The notes under the pieces: model-generated
Database searches by the model: none
Told to the model about the DNA's origin: nothing
What the model saw: the letters and a program-made list of their open reading frames with translations, nothing else
IMG/VR virus record: IMGVR_UViG_3300027782_000071
Coordinates: 1-64,000 of that record
Length of the DNA: 64,000 nt
Direction: 5' to 3' (one strand)
DNA from: an uncultured virus (IMG/VR IMGVR_UViG_3300027782_000071)
Lineage: Duplodnaviria > Heunggongvirae > Uroviricota > Caudoviricetes
Program-made: the position numbers and the translations under genes
Part shown: positions 54,729 to 64,000 of the stretch, one piece after another
How positions within the stretch are numbered: the stretch's first letter is position 1
Layout of the letters: every line of letters begins with the position of its first letter

Positions 54729-57455
54729 TTACCACCAGGTGATCCTCACAAATCCATCGCCACCATTTCCACCATTCGCAAAAGTAGATCCAATGGCAGC
54801 ACCTCCACCTCCACCACCTCCACGAGTTCCATTACCACCTGCGCCAGCACTTGATATACCAGCACCTCCTCCACCTCCACCAAAACCATAAGGAAGTGAA
54901 GTGATTGCAATACCAACTGCACCATTCGATCCTGTATTACTTCCACCAGCAGAGAAAATAGTATTGCCATAGAAAGTAATCGAACCACCACCACCTCCTG
55001 CGGAAGATGGTGTTCCTGCTCCACTACCACCGCCCGTTGATTGGAATGAGTTTGCCTGTGCCGTAGCAGACACTCCAACACCATTGATCGCAGTAACACC
55101 ACCAGGGCCGCCAGCAGTTGTATAATAATAATTCGTGATATTTGTTTGAGCAATTCCAGCAACACCACCAGCACCACCACCATTTGCAACTAGTGTATAA
55201 GTTCCTCCAGGGCCAGTCCATGATATTGTTGTTCCTGCTCCTGCAGATCCAGAACTAGTTTCAGTTGTTGCTCCAGTTCCACCGACTCCAATATTTACAC
55301 TTACATTTGAAGTTACTATAGATTTGGGAATATACCAAGAAGTATAAGAACCTCCAGAACCGCCAGTACCAGATAACTGAGATTGTGCAGTAATTAAAGA
55401 TCCAGATACTCCAGCAACATAGTAATTATTATTCACAGATATTGATGATCTTAAAGATTGTGTCGTATTAGAAGTATTTACTCTCCAAACTATAGCATCT
55501 GTTGAGACATAAACTCCTCCATTATCACCTGCCAGAAGATAACTCAAAGATGCAGAAGAATATGAAAGAGTATAGATTGAATCTCCAGAAAACCCTACAG
55601 TTCTTAGAGTCCAAGTGATTGCATCAGTTGAAGAGGTTAAGAATTTATCAGATCCTGCAGATACATAAACAGACCCATAAGTAAGTGTATTAATCGCGGA
55701 AGTACCGAATCCCGATGTTCTTAAGATCCAGGTAATAGTATCAGTTGAAGTATTTAAGATTCCATTATTACCGCCAGCAACATAAACAGTTCCATAACTA
55801 AAGGCATTAATCGCAGTTGAACCAAATCCAGAAGTTCTTGCAATCCAGTTAATATTATCTGTAGAAACATTTAGGAATCCAATATCACCTCTATAGTTGG
55901 TTCCATGAGCAAAGGTATAAGAACCACCAGAACTTAGTAAAGTTACAGTTAATGTATTGAGTGCTGTAGTTCTTAAGACCCAAGTTATGCCATTAGTTGA
56001 TGCTTGGAGACGGGCCCCAGTTCCAAATGAAGATAAGATTGTTTGATTGGAAGTTTGTATGACTCCAGAACTTCCCCCAAAAACATATATGTCTTGACCA
56101 AAGATACTCGTATAAATGTCATTACCTGAAGGAGAAGTTCTCAATACCCATGCAATACCATCCGTAGAAGTTAGATTAGTTCCAGATGCACCAGCAGCAA
56201 CATATAAGTTATTATTATGGGAAATGGTATAAAGATTACTTACAGTTCCAGAAGTCCTAAATGTCCATTGTATGGCATTAGTAGAAGTTTCAATAAATCC
56301 CGAGTTGCCAACTATAGCATAAACAGAACCTACCGCAATATTGTTAAGCGTAGTGGTAGTTGAAGAAGTTCTGAATGTCCAGTATATGGTATTCGTCGAA
56401 GTTTGTATATATCCACTAATACCCGCAAGAACATAGTAGTTACTACTCAGAGTACTATAGATTCCAGAATACACATAATTTGGATTCATTGGTACGGGAC
56501 TAGTTCTTGTAAACCAACCAATACCATCAGTTGAAGTTGTTATTATTGCAGAAGCACTTAGATAAGTTGGAGTTGGTAAAGATCCATATAATACAGTATG
56601 TATTCCATAAATACCAGCAACCATAGGAGCATTGGTTCTTGTAGTCCATACGATTCCATTTGTAGAAGTTCCTGTTCCTCCGCTATTCGAATTATTAATG
56701 AACACATATAAATTATTCCCCAAAATAAGACCAGAACCAGCACCATTATTACCATTTCCAACTTGATTTAAAGGAGAAGAAATAGTTCTAAGTACCCAAG
56801 AAATAGTATCCGTGGAAGTTGCTAAATTTGAAGAATTTCCACCAGCAAAATAAGTATTATTAGCATAAAGAGATGCTAAAAAACCATTACCAGTTCCAGA
56901 AGTTCTTAAGACCCAGGTAATCGTTTCTACTCTTCCACCAATCAAATGTTCATTATTAAAGTAAGTTGCACTATTAATATTGGTTGTTCCAAATCCTGAG
57001 GATCTTACAATCCAAGTGATTGTATCAGTTGAAGATCTCAATGCTCCTCCTGCTCCAGAAATAACATAAGTTGTTCCACCTGATGTAATATTTGAAATCG
57101 TCGTCGATCCAAAACCAGAAGTTCTTAATGACCAAGTAAGACCATTTTTTGCAAAAGTAGATCCAGTTGTTCCAGTACTTCCACCACCTCCAGCACCAAC
57201 TGCCTCAACATATAAAAGATTTGCCTGAGAAGGCACTGTAAATGTTTGTGGAGATCCTGTTGTAGAAAACTCTTGATAGTTTGAAACATAATCCCATGAA
57301 ACACTTGTACCATCAGTCGTAGTTAAAAACTCTCCATCATTTCCAGTTTGTGATGGCAATGTTGAAAGATTATCGACATAAGACTTATAAACACCATCAG
57401 TTCCCTGAGTTGCTGTTGTAATGCCAGTAATAAAATTAGATCCTAGTATTGCCAT
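54729..57455 (-). CDS. 908-aa paralogous Gly-rich adhesin with two nested 7-repeat units
   Basis: Same N-terminus (MAILGSN.ITGI) and C-terminus (GGNGGDGFVRITWW); 14 W..RT repeats. Confidence 0.8.
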   Translation of the reverse strand: MAILGSNFITGITTATQGTDGVYKSYVDNLSTLPSQTGNDGEFLTTTDGTSVSWDYVSNYQEFSTTGSPQTFTVPSQANLLYVEAVGAGGGGSTGTTGSTFAKNGLTWSLRTSGFGSTTISNITSGGTTYVISGAGGALRSSTDTITWIVRSSGFGTTNINSATYFNNEHLIGGRVETITWVLRTSGTGNGFLASLYANNTYFAGGNSSNLATSTDTISWVLRTISSPLNQVGNGNNGAGSGLILGNNLYVFINNSNSGGTGTSTNGIVWTTRTNAPMVAGIYGIHTVLYGSLPTPTYLSASAIITTSTDGIGWFTRTSPVPMNPNYVYSGIYSTLSSNYYVLAGISGYIQTSTNTIYWTFRTSSTTTTLNNIAVGSVYAIVGNSGFIETSTNAIQWTFRTSGTVSNLYTISHNNNLYVAAGASGTNLTSTDGIAWVLRTSPSGNDIYTSIFGQDIYVFGGSSGVIQTSNQTILSSFGTGARLQASTNGITWVLRTTALNTLTVTLLSSGGSYTFAHGTNYRGDIGFLNVSTDNINWIARTSGFGSTAINAFSYGTVYVAGGNNGILNTSTDTITWILRTSGFGTSAINTLTYGSVYVSAGSDKFLTSSTDAITWTLRTVGFSGDSIYTLSYSSASLSYLLAGDNGGVYVSTDAIVWRVNTSNTTQSLRSSISVNNNYYVAGVSGSLITAQSQLSGTGGSGGSYTSWYIPKSIVTSNVSVNIGVGGTGATTETSSGSAGAGTTISWTGPGGTYTLVANGGGAGGVAGIAQTNITNYYYTTAGGPGGVTAINGVGVSATAQANSFQSTGGGSGAGTPSSAGGGGGSITFYGNTIFSAGGSNTGSNGAVGIAITSLPYGFGGGGGGAGISSAGAGGNGTRGGGGGGGAAIGSTFANGGNGGDGFVRITWW

Positions 57456-57465
57456 TTATTTTCTC

Positions 57466-60210
57466 CTATTGCCAACTAATACGAACATAACCATCACCAC
57501 CATTTCCACCAAATCCTGGAACAGTGCTTGCACCATCATATGCTCCACCACCACCACCGCCTCCACAAACTCCATTTCCACCACGGCCCGCCTTTGTTGC
57601 AGTCGTCGCAATCATATCTGAACCACTGCTCACAAGTAGAAAAATATTATTTCCAAAACACCCACCACTGACATTACCACCATTAACCCATCCACCAGTT
57701 CTTAAGTGCCAAGTAAAAGAATCGATAGATGCATGAACATAATTAGAATTGCCAGCAGCAATATAAGTCCCACCACCATAAATTGAAGCATATGGATCAC
57801 TACTTAAAGTTCTCACAATCCAAGTAATGGTATCAGTAGAAGTAGAAACACTATTACCACTTCTATTAGATGCTATAAATCTTCCATTGCCATATGCCAA
57901 TGATGAAACATCGCCAATACCGCCTATACCCAAAGTTCTTGCAATCCAAACAATACCATTTGTAGATACATTAATCACTCTAGAAGCTGCTCCAAGAATA
58001 TATTGATCATTATCATAAATTATAGAATAAATTTGTCCCGTTGTTCCAGCAGTTCTTAGTTGCCAAACAATGGCATCCGTAGAAGCAATTAGAGCACCAG
58101 AGGCGCCAACACCATAAAAAAATCCACCTTGATATGACAAAGAAGGTCCAGAAAAAGTACTTCCAATTTGATTTGCAGTTCCAGATGATCTAAATGTCCA
58201 GTTGATTGAATCAGTAGAACTTCTTAATCCAGAGTTTCCATCAATCACATAAACACCATTACCATAAACTACCCCCAAAATTACACTAGCACCATAAGAA
58301 GAAGTTCTCAAAACCCAAACAATACTATCGGTAGAGAATCCCAAGCGGCCACCATCACCACCATAAATGTAATTTGATCCATCATAATAAGTCGTATAAA
58401 GAACAATACCACCGGTATTGGCAGTTCTTAATCTCCAAAAACTTCCGCCAAGAGCATTCGAACTTCCACCATTTCCACCATAACCATAAGAAAGTCCAGT
58501 AATGTTTGTTGCACTTGTACCATTCATATTTCTCTGATCTAATGTGGAAGATACAGTATTTCCATAATAGTTAATTGTACCTCCCAAAGATCCATAAGAT
58601 CCATAAAAATTTGAACTATTTGTGTTAGAGTTAGAAACTGCTCCACCACCACCACCAGTAGTTTGAAAAGATGAAGTTGCAGTTGTTGCATTTGATGGTA
58701 CTTGAAGTGCCTCAAAAATACCACCATTACCACCAGCAGTTCCAGCAGATGCTTGAAGATAATTTGATGATGCCGTTATTGTACCTCCTGCCCCACCAGG
58801 AAGTGATTGAGTTGAAGAGTTATATACATTAGTTCCAGCACTTCCACCATTTGCAGTTATAGAAAAGTTTCCTCCAGGTCCTGCCCAAGATACTACACTC
58901 GAATCTCCAGATGCTCCATATACACCACCTTTTCCAACTTTAACGGTTAATGTAGTGCCACTAATATATGCTTTTGAAATATTCCAAGATGCCGCTGCTC
59001 CTCCACCTCCACCACTTCCAGCAAATCCAGTAGGAGGTAAAGCAGCACCAATATATCCAGAATCACCACCGACAACAAAAGTATTATTGCCATATACCAC
59101 TCCTTTCCAACCACTACCAAAAGCACCTGGTGAAGTTCTGAATGACCAAGTAACAGTATCAGTAGAAAAGAATATAAATCCAGCACCACCAACAGCATAA
59201 TAAGTATTATTCGCAAAAGTTGTTGCATATAAAGATTGTAAATAACTTACACTAGTTCTTGCAGTCCAAGTAACTGCATCTGTAGAAACAATTATATCGG
59301 CAGATGTACCAGTAGCAAAATAAAGACCATTTCCATAAGATACACTAATATAAAAATTATTATTAACTCCAGTTCTAATTACCCAAGTAATACTATCTGT
59401 AGAAGTTTGAAATCTTCCAGAACCACCACTAGTAACATATTGATCTCCAGCATAAAGAATTCTATATATTGCATTTCCGGTAGGATATCCAGAAGTTCTT
59501 AAGGACCAGGTAATGCCATTTGTAGAAGCAAAAATACGAGCATCATTATCTAAACCAAGAACATAAATGCCATTATTAAATTCTAAAGCATTAAGTCTAG
59601 CAGTACTGGCACCTGTTGTTTGCATTGTCCAAGTGATACTATCAGTAGAGGTAATTAATTTTCCAGCATTACCACATACAACATAAAGATTTCCACTATA
59701 CACGATAGAACCAATTGCAGTTGCACCAAATCCACTTGTTCTCGTAATCCAAGTAATTGCATCAGTAGAAGCAAGAACTGCTCCACCATCAGTTCCTGCA
59801 TAAAATACATTGTTCGCATATATCATTCCTGGACCCTGATAATACCCTGAAATACTATTAGAATGACTAGAAGTTCTTAAAAACCATTGCCCAGCACCAG
59901 TGTTCACATAAGAAGATGCATCTCTAGTTCCTGATGCTCCACTCCCTCCAGCACCCGTTGCTTCTATGAACAGTTGTTTTGCTTGAGACGGTACATTAAA
60001 GGTATACGTTCCAGCAGCAATATATTCTTGATATGATCCTACTGGTTGCCAAGATGAAGTATTGCCATTAGTGGTTAAAAAGTTATTATCTTGATTTGTT
60101 ATTGGTGGACCAGATGCAGAAATATCCACATATTGCTTATTTACGGCATCAGACGCATTAGATACCGAATCAATACCAGTAACTTGAGTAGAACCTACAC
60201 CGACTGGCAT
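57466..60210 (-). CDS. 914-aa paralogous Gly-rich adhesin with two separate 7-repeat units
   Basis: DAVNKQYVD, YQEY...TGAGGSG, 2x7 W..RT repeats, GGNGGDGYVRISWQ. Confidence 0.8.
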   Translation of the reverse strand: MPVGVGSTQVTGIDSVSNASDAVNKQYVDISASGPPITNQDNNFLTTNGNTSSWQPVGSYQEYIAAGTYTFNVPSQAKQLFIEATGAGGSGASGTRDASSYVNTGAGQWFLRTSSHSNSISGYYQGPGMIYANNVFYAGTDGGAVLASTDAITWITRTSGFGATAIGSIVYSGNLYVVCGNAGKLITSTDSITWTMQTTGASTARLNALEFNNGIYVLGLDNDARIFASTNGITWSLRTSGYPTGNAIYRILYAGDQYVTSGGSGRFQTSTDSITWVIRTGVNNNFYISVSYGNGLYFATGTSADIIVSTDAVTWTARTSVSYLQSLYATTFANNTYYAVGGAGFIFFSTDTVTWSFRTSPGAFGSGWKGVVYGNNTFVVGGDSGYIGAALPPTGFAGSGGGGGAAASWNISKAYISGTTLTVKVGKGGVYGASGDSSVVSWAGPGGNFSITANGGSAGTNVYNSSTQSLPGGAGGTITASSNYLQASAGTAGGNGGIFEALQVPSNATTATSSFQTTGGGGGAVSNSNTNSSNFYGSYGSLGGTINYYGNTVSSTLDQRNMNGTSATNITGLSYGYGGNGGSSNALGGSFWRLRTANTGGIVLYTTYYDGSNYIYGGDGGRLGFSTDSIVWVLRTSSYGASVILGVVYGNGVYVIDGNSGLRSSTDSINWTFRSSGTANQIGSTFSGPSLSYQGGFFYGVGASGALIASTDAIVWQLRTAGTTGQIYSIIYDNDQYILGAASRVINVSTNGIVWIARTLGIGGIGDVSSLAYGNGRFIASNRSGNSVSTSTDTITWIVRTLSSDPYASIYGGGTYIAAGNSNYVHASIDSFTWHLRTGGWVNGGNVSGGCFGNNIFLLVSSGSDMIATTATKAGRGGNGVCGGGGGGGAYDGASTVPGFGGNGGDGYVRISWQ

Positions 60211-60211
60211 A

Positions 60212-60730
60212 TCAACTTCCCTCTAGTTTTTCTTTCAGTTTTTGTATTTCTATATTTTGTTCCTTGATTGCTTCAATTAATAGGGCAATAAGATTTGCAT
60301 AAGCAACAGATTTTTTTTCATAATCTGGTGCGGGTCCTTTGGGATATACAATCTCAGGTACAATTTTTTCAACTTCCTGTGCGATTAAACCGATTTGATG
60401 TTCTCCATTGTCTATGCGGTCATATTCAACCCCTCTCAGTGCCAATACCTTTTCAAGAGCATTTTCAAGAGGTTTAATATTTTTTTTAAGTCTTTCGTCA
60501 GAGTTTGCAGTAACTGTTCCAGAAACAACAATGTTTCCTGCTGTTGTATTATTTGCAACTCCAACTCCAAGTCCACCAGAAATATAAGCACTACCAGTTA
60601 CTTGAAGTGGTTGAGATGCTGTTCCTGTAGATGTTGCAGTTCCCACTAATATTGGTCCAGAAGTAACTTGAAGTTTATTATCAACAGTTGCATCACCATA
60701 GATTCTTGTACCAGATTTAAGTTTTGCCAT
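60212..60730 (-). CDS. Short fibre protein with a peptidase S74 intramolecular chaperone domain
   Basis: SDERLKKNI...ALEKV..LRGV.Y...GLIAQEVE..VPE.V...V.Y..L...LIEAIKEQ. Confidence 0.88.
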   Translation of the reverse strand: MAKLKSGTRIYGDATVDNKLQVTSGPILVGTATSTGTASQPLQVTGSAYISGGLGVGVANNTTAGNIVVSGTVTANSDERLKKNIKPLENALEKVLALRGVEYDRIDNGEHQIGLIAQEVEKIVPEIVYPKGPAPDYEKKSVAYANLIALLIEAIKEQNIEIQKLKEKLEGS

Positions 60731-63700
60731 TATGCCTGCGCCTCCGTCCAAGAAAGTCTTGTTGCAACGTTTGTCGCAGTTGCTGACAAATTAGTTGCAA
60801 CAATTGTAAGTGTATCAGGACCATCTGGATAAATTCCTATTCCACTTGTTGCCCCACCACCACCAAGAATACAATTACCTAAGTCTCGAACCTGGGTAAG
60901 ATCAATGGAATTTGCTCCAGATCCAACGAAGAAACCAGCAGTAACCTCACCACCAATTACCTGAACTCCAGTTGCTCCACCAACAGATGCATAATCAGCA
61001 ATTTGTGCCAGACTTGAATTTTGAATATTAGCGACATTACCAACAGCATTTGTCCAATTTGTTGCAGTACTTGGAGTTGTATTCAAAAATGCTCTTACAA
61101 GAATGTTAGAGTTTGCCGTAAGTGAAGTAAGATCGAGAGCAACAAGTTTTAACTGCATTCTATTAATTAATTCTCTTGTCCCAAATGATGCTGCAACACC
61201 ATTATCAACTGATGGGGCAACACGAATTGCAATTAGTGCTCTTGTTGAACCAGTAGCTCCCGTTGCAGCAAGAGTAGTAATACCAACTTGCCCATAGGTA
61301 AAGATCAAGGATTTATCATCATCAAATCGTCCATCCATAATCACACTTGTTCCCCAGTGAGAGATAGAAGGGCCATATGTTGGGAATGCAAGTTCAATGG
61401 CCGTTGGGTCAGTTGCTGAATAAGTAAATGTTTGCCCAACAGTTGCACCCATTGGAGCGATTGTTACTGTTGGATTTAATGCTGTTGATGCCTGACTTAA
61501 ATAAATAGTACCAATTCCAAGAGCACTGACATAAGTACTTTCAGGAAAACCACCAATAACTCTTTGACCTACTTGTAAATTTGTAGTTGATCCAGTTGCT
61601 ATATTTGATCCCAATGGAACTGTAAGAGAAAGAGAAGCATTACCTGGTTTTCCTCTTGTTAATCCAATAAATGTAGTTGTTCCAATACCAGTATAATTTA
61701 CATACTCATAAGTATTTGCATTTCTTATAACCACTGTTCCTGCACTAGGGAACCCTAATGTACTTGCAACACTTACCAAAGTATCTCCAGAGTTTAAAGT
61801 TGATGTTAGATATGTAGTTGCAGGAACACTTATAGACTCATACCTTGCTGGCAAATTTCCAGTTCTCAAATATGCTTCGGTATTTACATTATTATTGACC
61901 TGTTTGTGACAATAAATTACATTACCATCAGCACCTCTAAATCCCCAACGAACAAATCCAGCACCATACCAAGAATAATCCAAGTAAAACATCTGCATCT
62001 TGGATAAATCAAGATTATAACCAGAAGGACCAGTACCATCACACTTGTCAAGGTTCCATTGTGACTGTGGAATTTTTGTTTCTATAGTCTCCGAAATAAT
62101 CACGAAGTCAGCAGTTGCTCCTCTATATGAAGGAGAAATCGTCATACTTGTATCACTTGCAATATCAACAACACGATATGACTGTCCACGAAGAACAATA
62201 AAATCACCAATATTTAATTGTTTTGAAAATCTAGTTGGAAATGTTTCATTTGTCTGTACTACAGCATTATTTCCACTTACAACACTCACTCTTCCCGAAA
62301 GTTGGAAAGTAGAGTTTCTACGAACTGTATAAAGTGTTTGACCATCAAATTCAAAAAAGATTCCATTTTGAGAATCAAATGCACCAAGACGATTAAAGCA
62401 CCCATACCATCCAGATATATTACAAATATATGTACCAGAAGCAATTGTTGCAGACGGTGTTGTTAATGGAGTATATTGAAAAGTATTATAACCAGTAACG
62501 GAAGTTATATTATAAGATCCATTATATCCAGTTTCATTTGCACCAGAAATTGTAATTGTGGTTCCTGGAGTTGATGCTTGAATATTATGTTGTTCTTTAG
62601 TTTGAACCGTAACAAGATTCGTTGCGGGATTATATGTTAACGAATCAATTTGAAGATTTGGTTTAAGAGAAGTACCAGAACTAACTTGTATACCTTTGCC
62701 AGACTGATAACGAAAATATCTTCTTGTTTGACGAGTTGCTGATTCAAAGTTTGAAGATGCATTATTTGAAAAAATAACTCCACCATCAAAAGGGCGATGT
62801 AAAAATTGACCTTGCGGTCTTACATAAATTAAACCACCAGTTGGAACTGCTGATGGGGTATTATTTGCATAATAAACAAATTGAGTTGAACTATTAATTG
62901 TTGTAACAACGAACGAACCATTTGCAACAGTTTCAGTTGTACCAATTACTGCAATCTGATTTCCAATTGCAAGACCATGAGGAACTGTTGTATTTACCGT
63001 AATTTCTGTTCCAGAAGTCCAAGCAAATGAAGGAGTACTCCCAATTGCAGCACTAGTATAAACAATACCATTATTAATTACTGTTTTATTCGGATCAAAA
63101 ATATTTGTTACTGTTCCAGTATTTGTTGCTCTTGCCGTATAAGTAAAAATTGTATTGCCAACTCCACTATTTGTTTCTACAATGAAGTTACCATTTGCAA
63201 TATTTAAATAACAATCCTGAACCGAAATTGCAGTTCCTATGCCAGGTGCTGCACCCTGCAATCCAACAGTAACAGTTCTTGAGTTTGTTGGAATATTAAT
63301 AGAACTAATTGTTGCAATACCAATTGCAGAAGGAAATGAGAATGGACGATTATTAATCATCGCCAAGTTTTCCCACTTCGTAATTTGAGTACCATACTCA
63401 AAGTCAGTATCAATCAGTGCTTGTGCTTGAGATGTTCTAAATTTATTTACAGGATCAGTATAAATTTCTGATGGAGTAAACTTTTCATCGTACTCATCTA
63501 CAATAATTTGAAGTTTATCTGTACTACTCATTGCGGCAGTACTATAATTCAATACGATTGTGGTTGTAGTTGTATTACCACCACCAGAAGTTAATACTGT
63601 ATAAGCATTTGCTTTTAGATTCGAATCAGAAAAATTATAGATTACTGTGTTCGTCGTCACATTGGTAATCAATATCAATCGTTCCCTCTGTATAGCACGA

Positions 63701-63768
63701 GGAATGACTATGGTATTTGTGGAAGGTGTAAATGTATATCCCGTTTCCAGTATTGCCTTTCTTGCCAT
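60730..63768 (-). CDS. 1012-aa virion structural/fibre-base protein
   Basis: YTFTPS...LILITNVT...DPVNKFRTS..QALIDTDFEYG...RQTRRYFRYQSGKG...WYGAG; Thr/Gly/Ser rich. Confidence 0.72.
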   Translation of the reverse strand: MARKAILETGYTFTPSTNTIVIPRAIQRERLILITNVTTNTVIYNFSDSNLKANAYTVLTSGGGNTTTTTIVLNYSTAAMSSTDKLQIIVDEYDEKFTPSEIYTDPVNKFRTSQAQALIDTDFEYGTQITKWENLAMINNRPFSFPSAIGIATISSINIPTNSRTVTVGLQGAAPGIGTAISVQDCYLNIANGNFIVETNSGVGNTIFTYTARATNTGTVTNIFDPNKTVINNGIVYTSAAIGSTPSFAWTSGTEITVNTTVPHGLAIGNQIAVIGTTETVANGSFVVTTINSSTQFVYYANNTPSAVPTGGLIYVRPQGQFLHRPFDGGVIFSNNASSNFESATRQTRRYFRYQSGKGIQVSSGTSLKPNLQIDSLTYNPATNLVTVQTKEQHNIQASTPGTTITISGANETGYNGSYNITSVTGYNTFQYTPLTTPSATIASGTYICNISGWYGCFNRLGAFDSQNGIFFEFDGQTLYTVRRNSTFQLSGRVSVVSGNNAVVQTNETFPTRFSKQLNIGDFIVLRGQSYRVVDIASDTSMTISPSYRGATADFVIISETIETKIPQSQWNLDKCDGTGPSGYNLDLSKMQMFYLDYSWYGAGFVRWGFRGADGNVIYCHKQVNNNVNTEAYLRTGNLPARYESISVPATTYLTSTLNSGDTLVSVASTLGFPSAGTVVIRNANTYEYVNYTGIGTTTFIGLTRGKPGNASLSLTVPLGSNIATGSTTNLQVGQRVIGGFPESTYVSALGIGTIYLSQASTALNPTVTIAPMGATVGQTFTYSATDPTAIELAFPTYGPSISHWGTSVIMDGRFDDDKSLIFTYGQVGITTLAATGATGSTRALIAIRVAPSVDNGVAASFGTRELINRMQLKLVALDLTSLTANSNILVRAFLNTTPSTATNWTNAVGNVANIQNSSLAQIADYASVGGATGVQVIGGEVTAGFFVGSGANSIDLTQVRDLGNCILGGGGATSGIGIYPDGPDTLTIVATNLSATATNVATRLSWTEAQA

Positions 63769-63799
63769 AATTAATGAATACCTTTGTTATATTTATCAG

Positions 63800-64000
63800 T
63801 TATGTAAAAGATGTGATTTCATCAATTTCAGTATATACAATCACAGATTTATCAGTATTTTGTCTCATATAAGTTCCTGTTCCAGATCCATAAGAAACTC
63901 CAGCAAATTCATCACCAATAATGTCGTATGGTTTAAAAACATTAGCAGTTAATGTTGTAACTCCTATATTTTCAGAAAACTCTGAAGAATAGTATGTTCC
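63800..64000 (-). CDS. 3' end of a virion-type gene (truncated by window edge)
   Basis: Open frame ...EFSENIGVTT...MRQNTDKSVIVYTEIDEITSFT*, followed by a late-type TAAATA. Confidence 0.55.
   Translation of the reverse strand, partial: GTYYSSEFSENIGVTTLTANVFKPYDIIGDEFAGVSYGSGTGTYMRQNTDKSVIVYTEIDEITSFT

Noticed and set aside
44715..60210. CRISPR-like periodic ccagaagttcttaa repeats every ~120 bp
   Set aside because: Degenerate at synonymous positions and in frame within long ORFs; these are coding repeats, and there are no cas genes
1..64000. Alternative genetic code or stop-codon reassignment
   Set aside because: Core genes are intact and end in TAA, TAG and TGA under the standard code

Overview
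Segment of a large AT-rich T4-like myovirus genome, most likely a freshwater cyanophage or close relative. The evidence is cyanomyovirus-type gp5/gp26/gp51/gp4/gp2/gp48/gp53/gp32/gp59/gp33, phoH, thyX, nrdC, an NtcA box and a glnA-type riboswitch. From left to right: (1) a tRNA cluster with a group I intron in tRNA-Leu(UAA), a tRNA(CAU) and a non-canonical tRNA(UAU), next to a probable HNH gene; (2) two collagen-like (Gly-X-Gln) fibre genes, one with five reelin-like domains; (3) a baseplate/tail module with candidate -1 frameshifts, including gp26 to gp51; (4) a Mom-like modifier with a coupled endonuclease-like ORF, then replication and late-transcription genes; (5) a compact nitrogen-sensing locus (NtcA box, interlocked tandem glutamine riboswitch with a peptide ORF inside its loop, downstream small peptide); (6) an ~11 kb glycosyltransferase/methyltransferase cluster; (7) three paralogous Gly-rich adhesin-like proteins whose ~41-aa repeats parse exactly into 7-blade units nested inside one another (10 units, depth up to 4, in the 3328-aa protein). 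All calls come from reading motifs by eye; no database searches or structure predictions were run.
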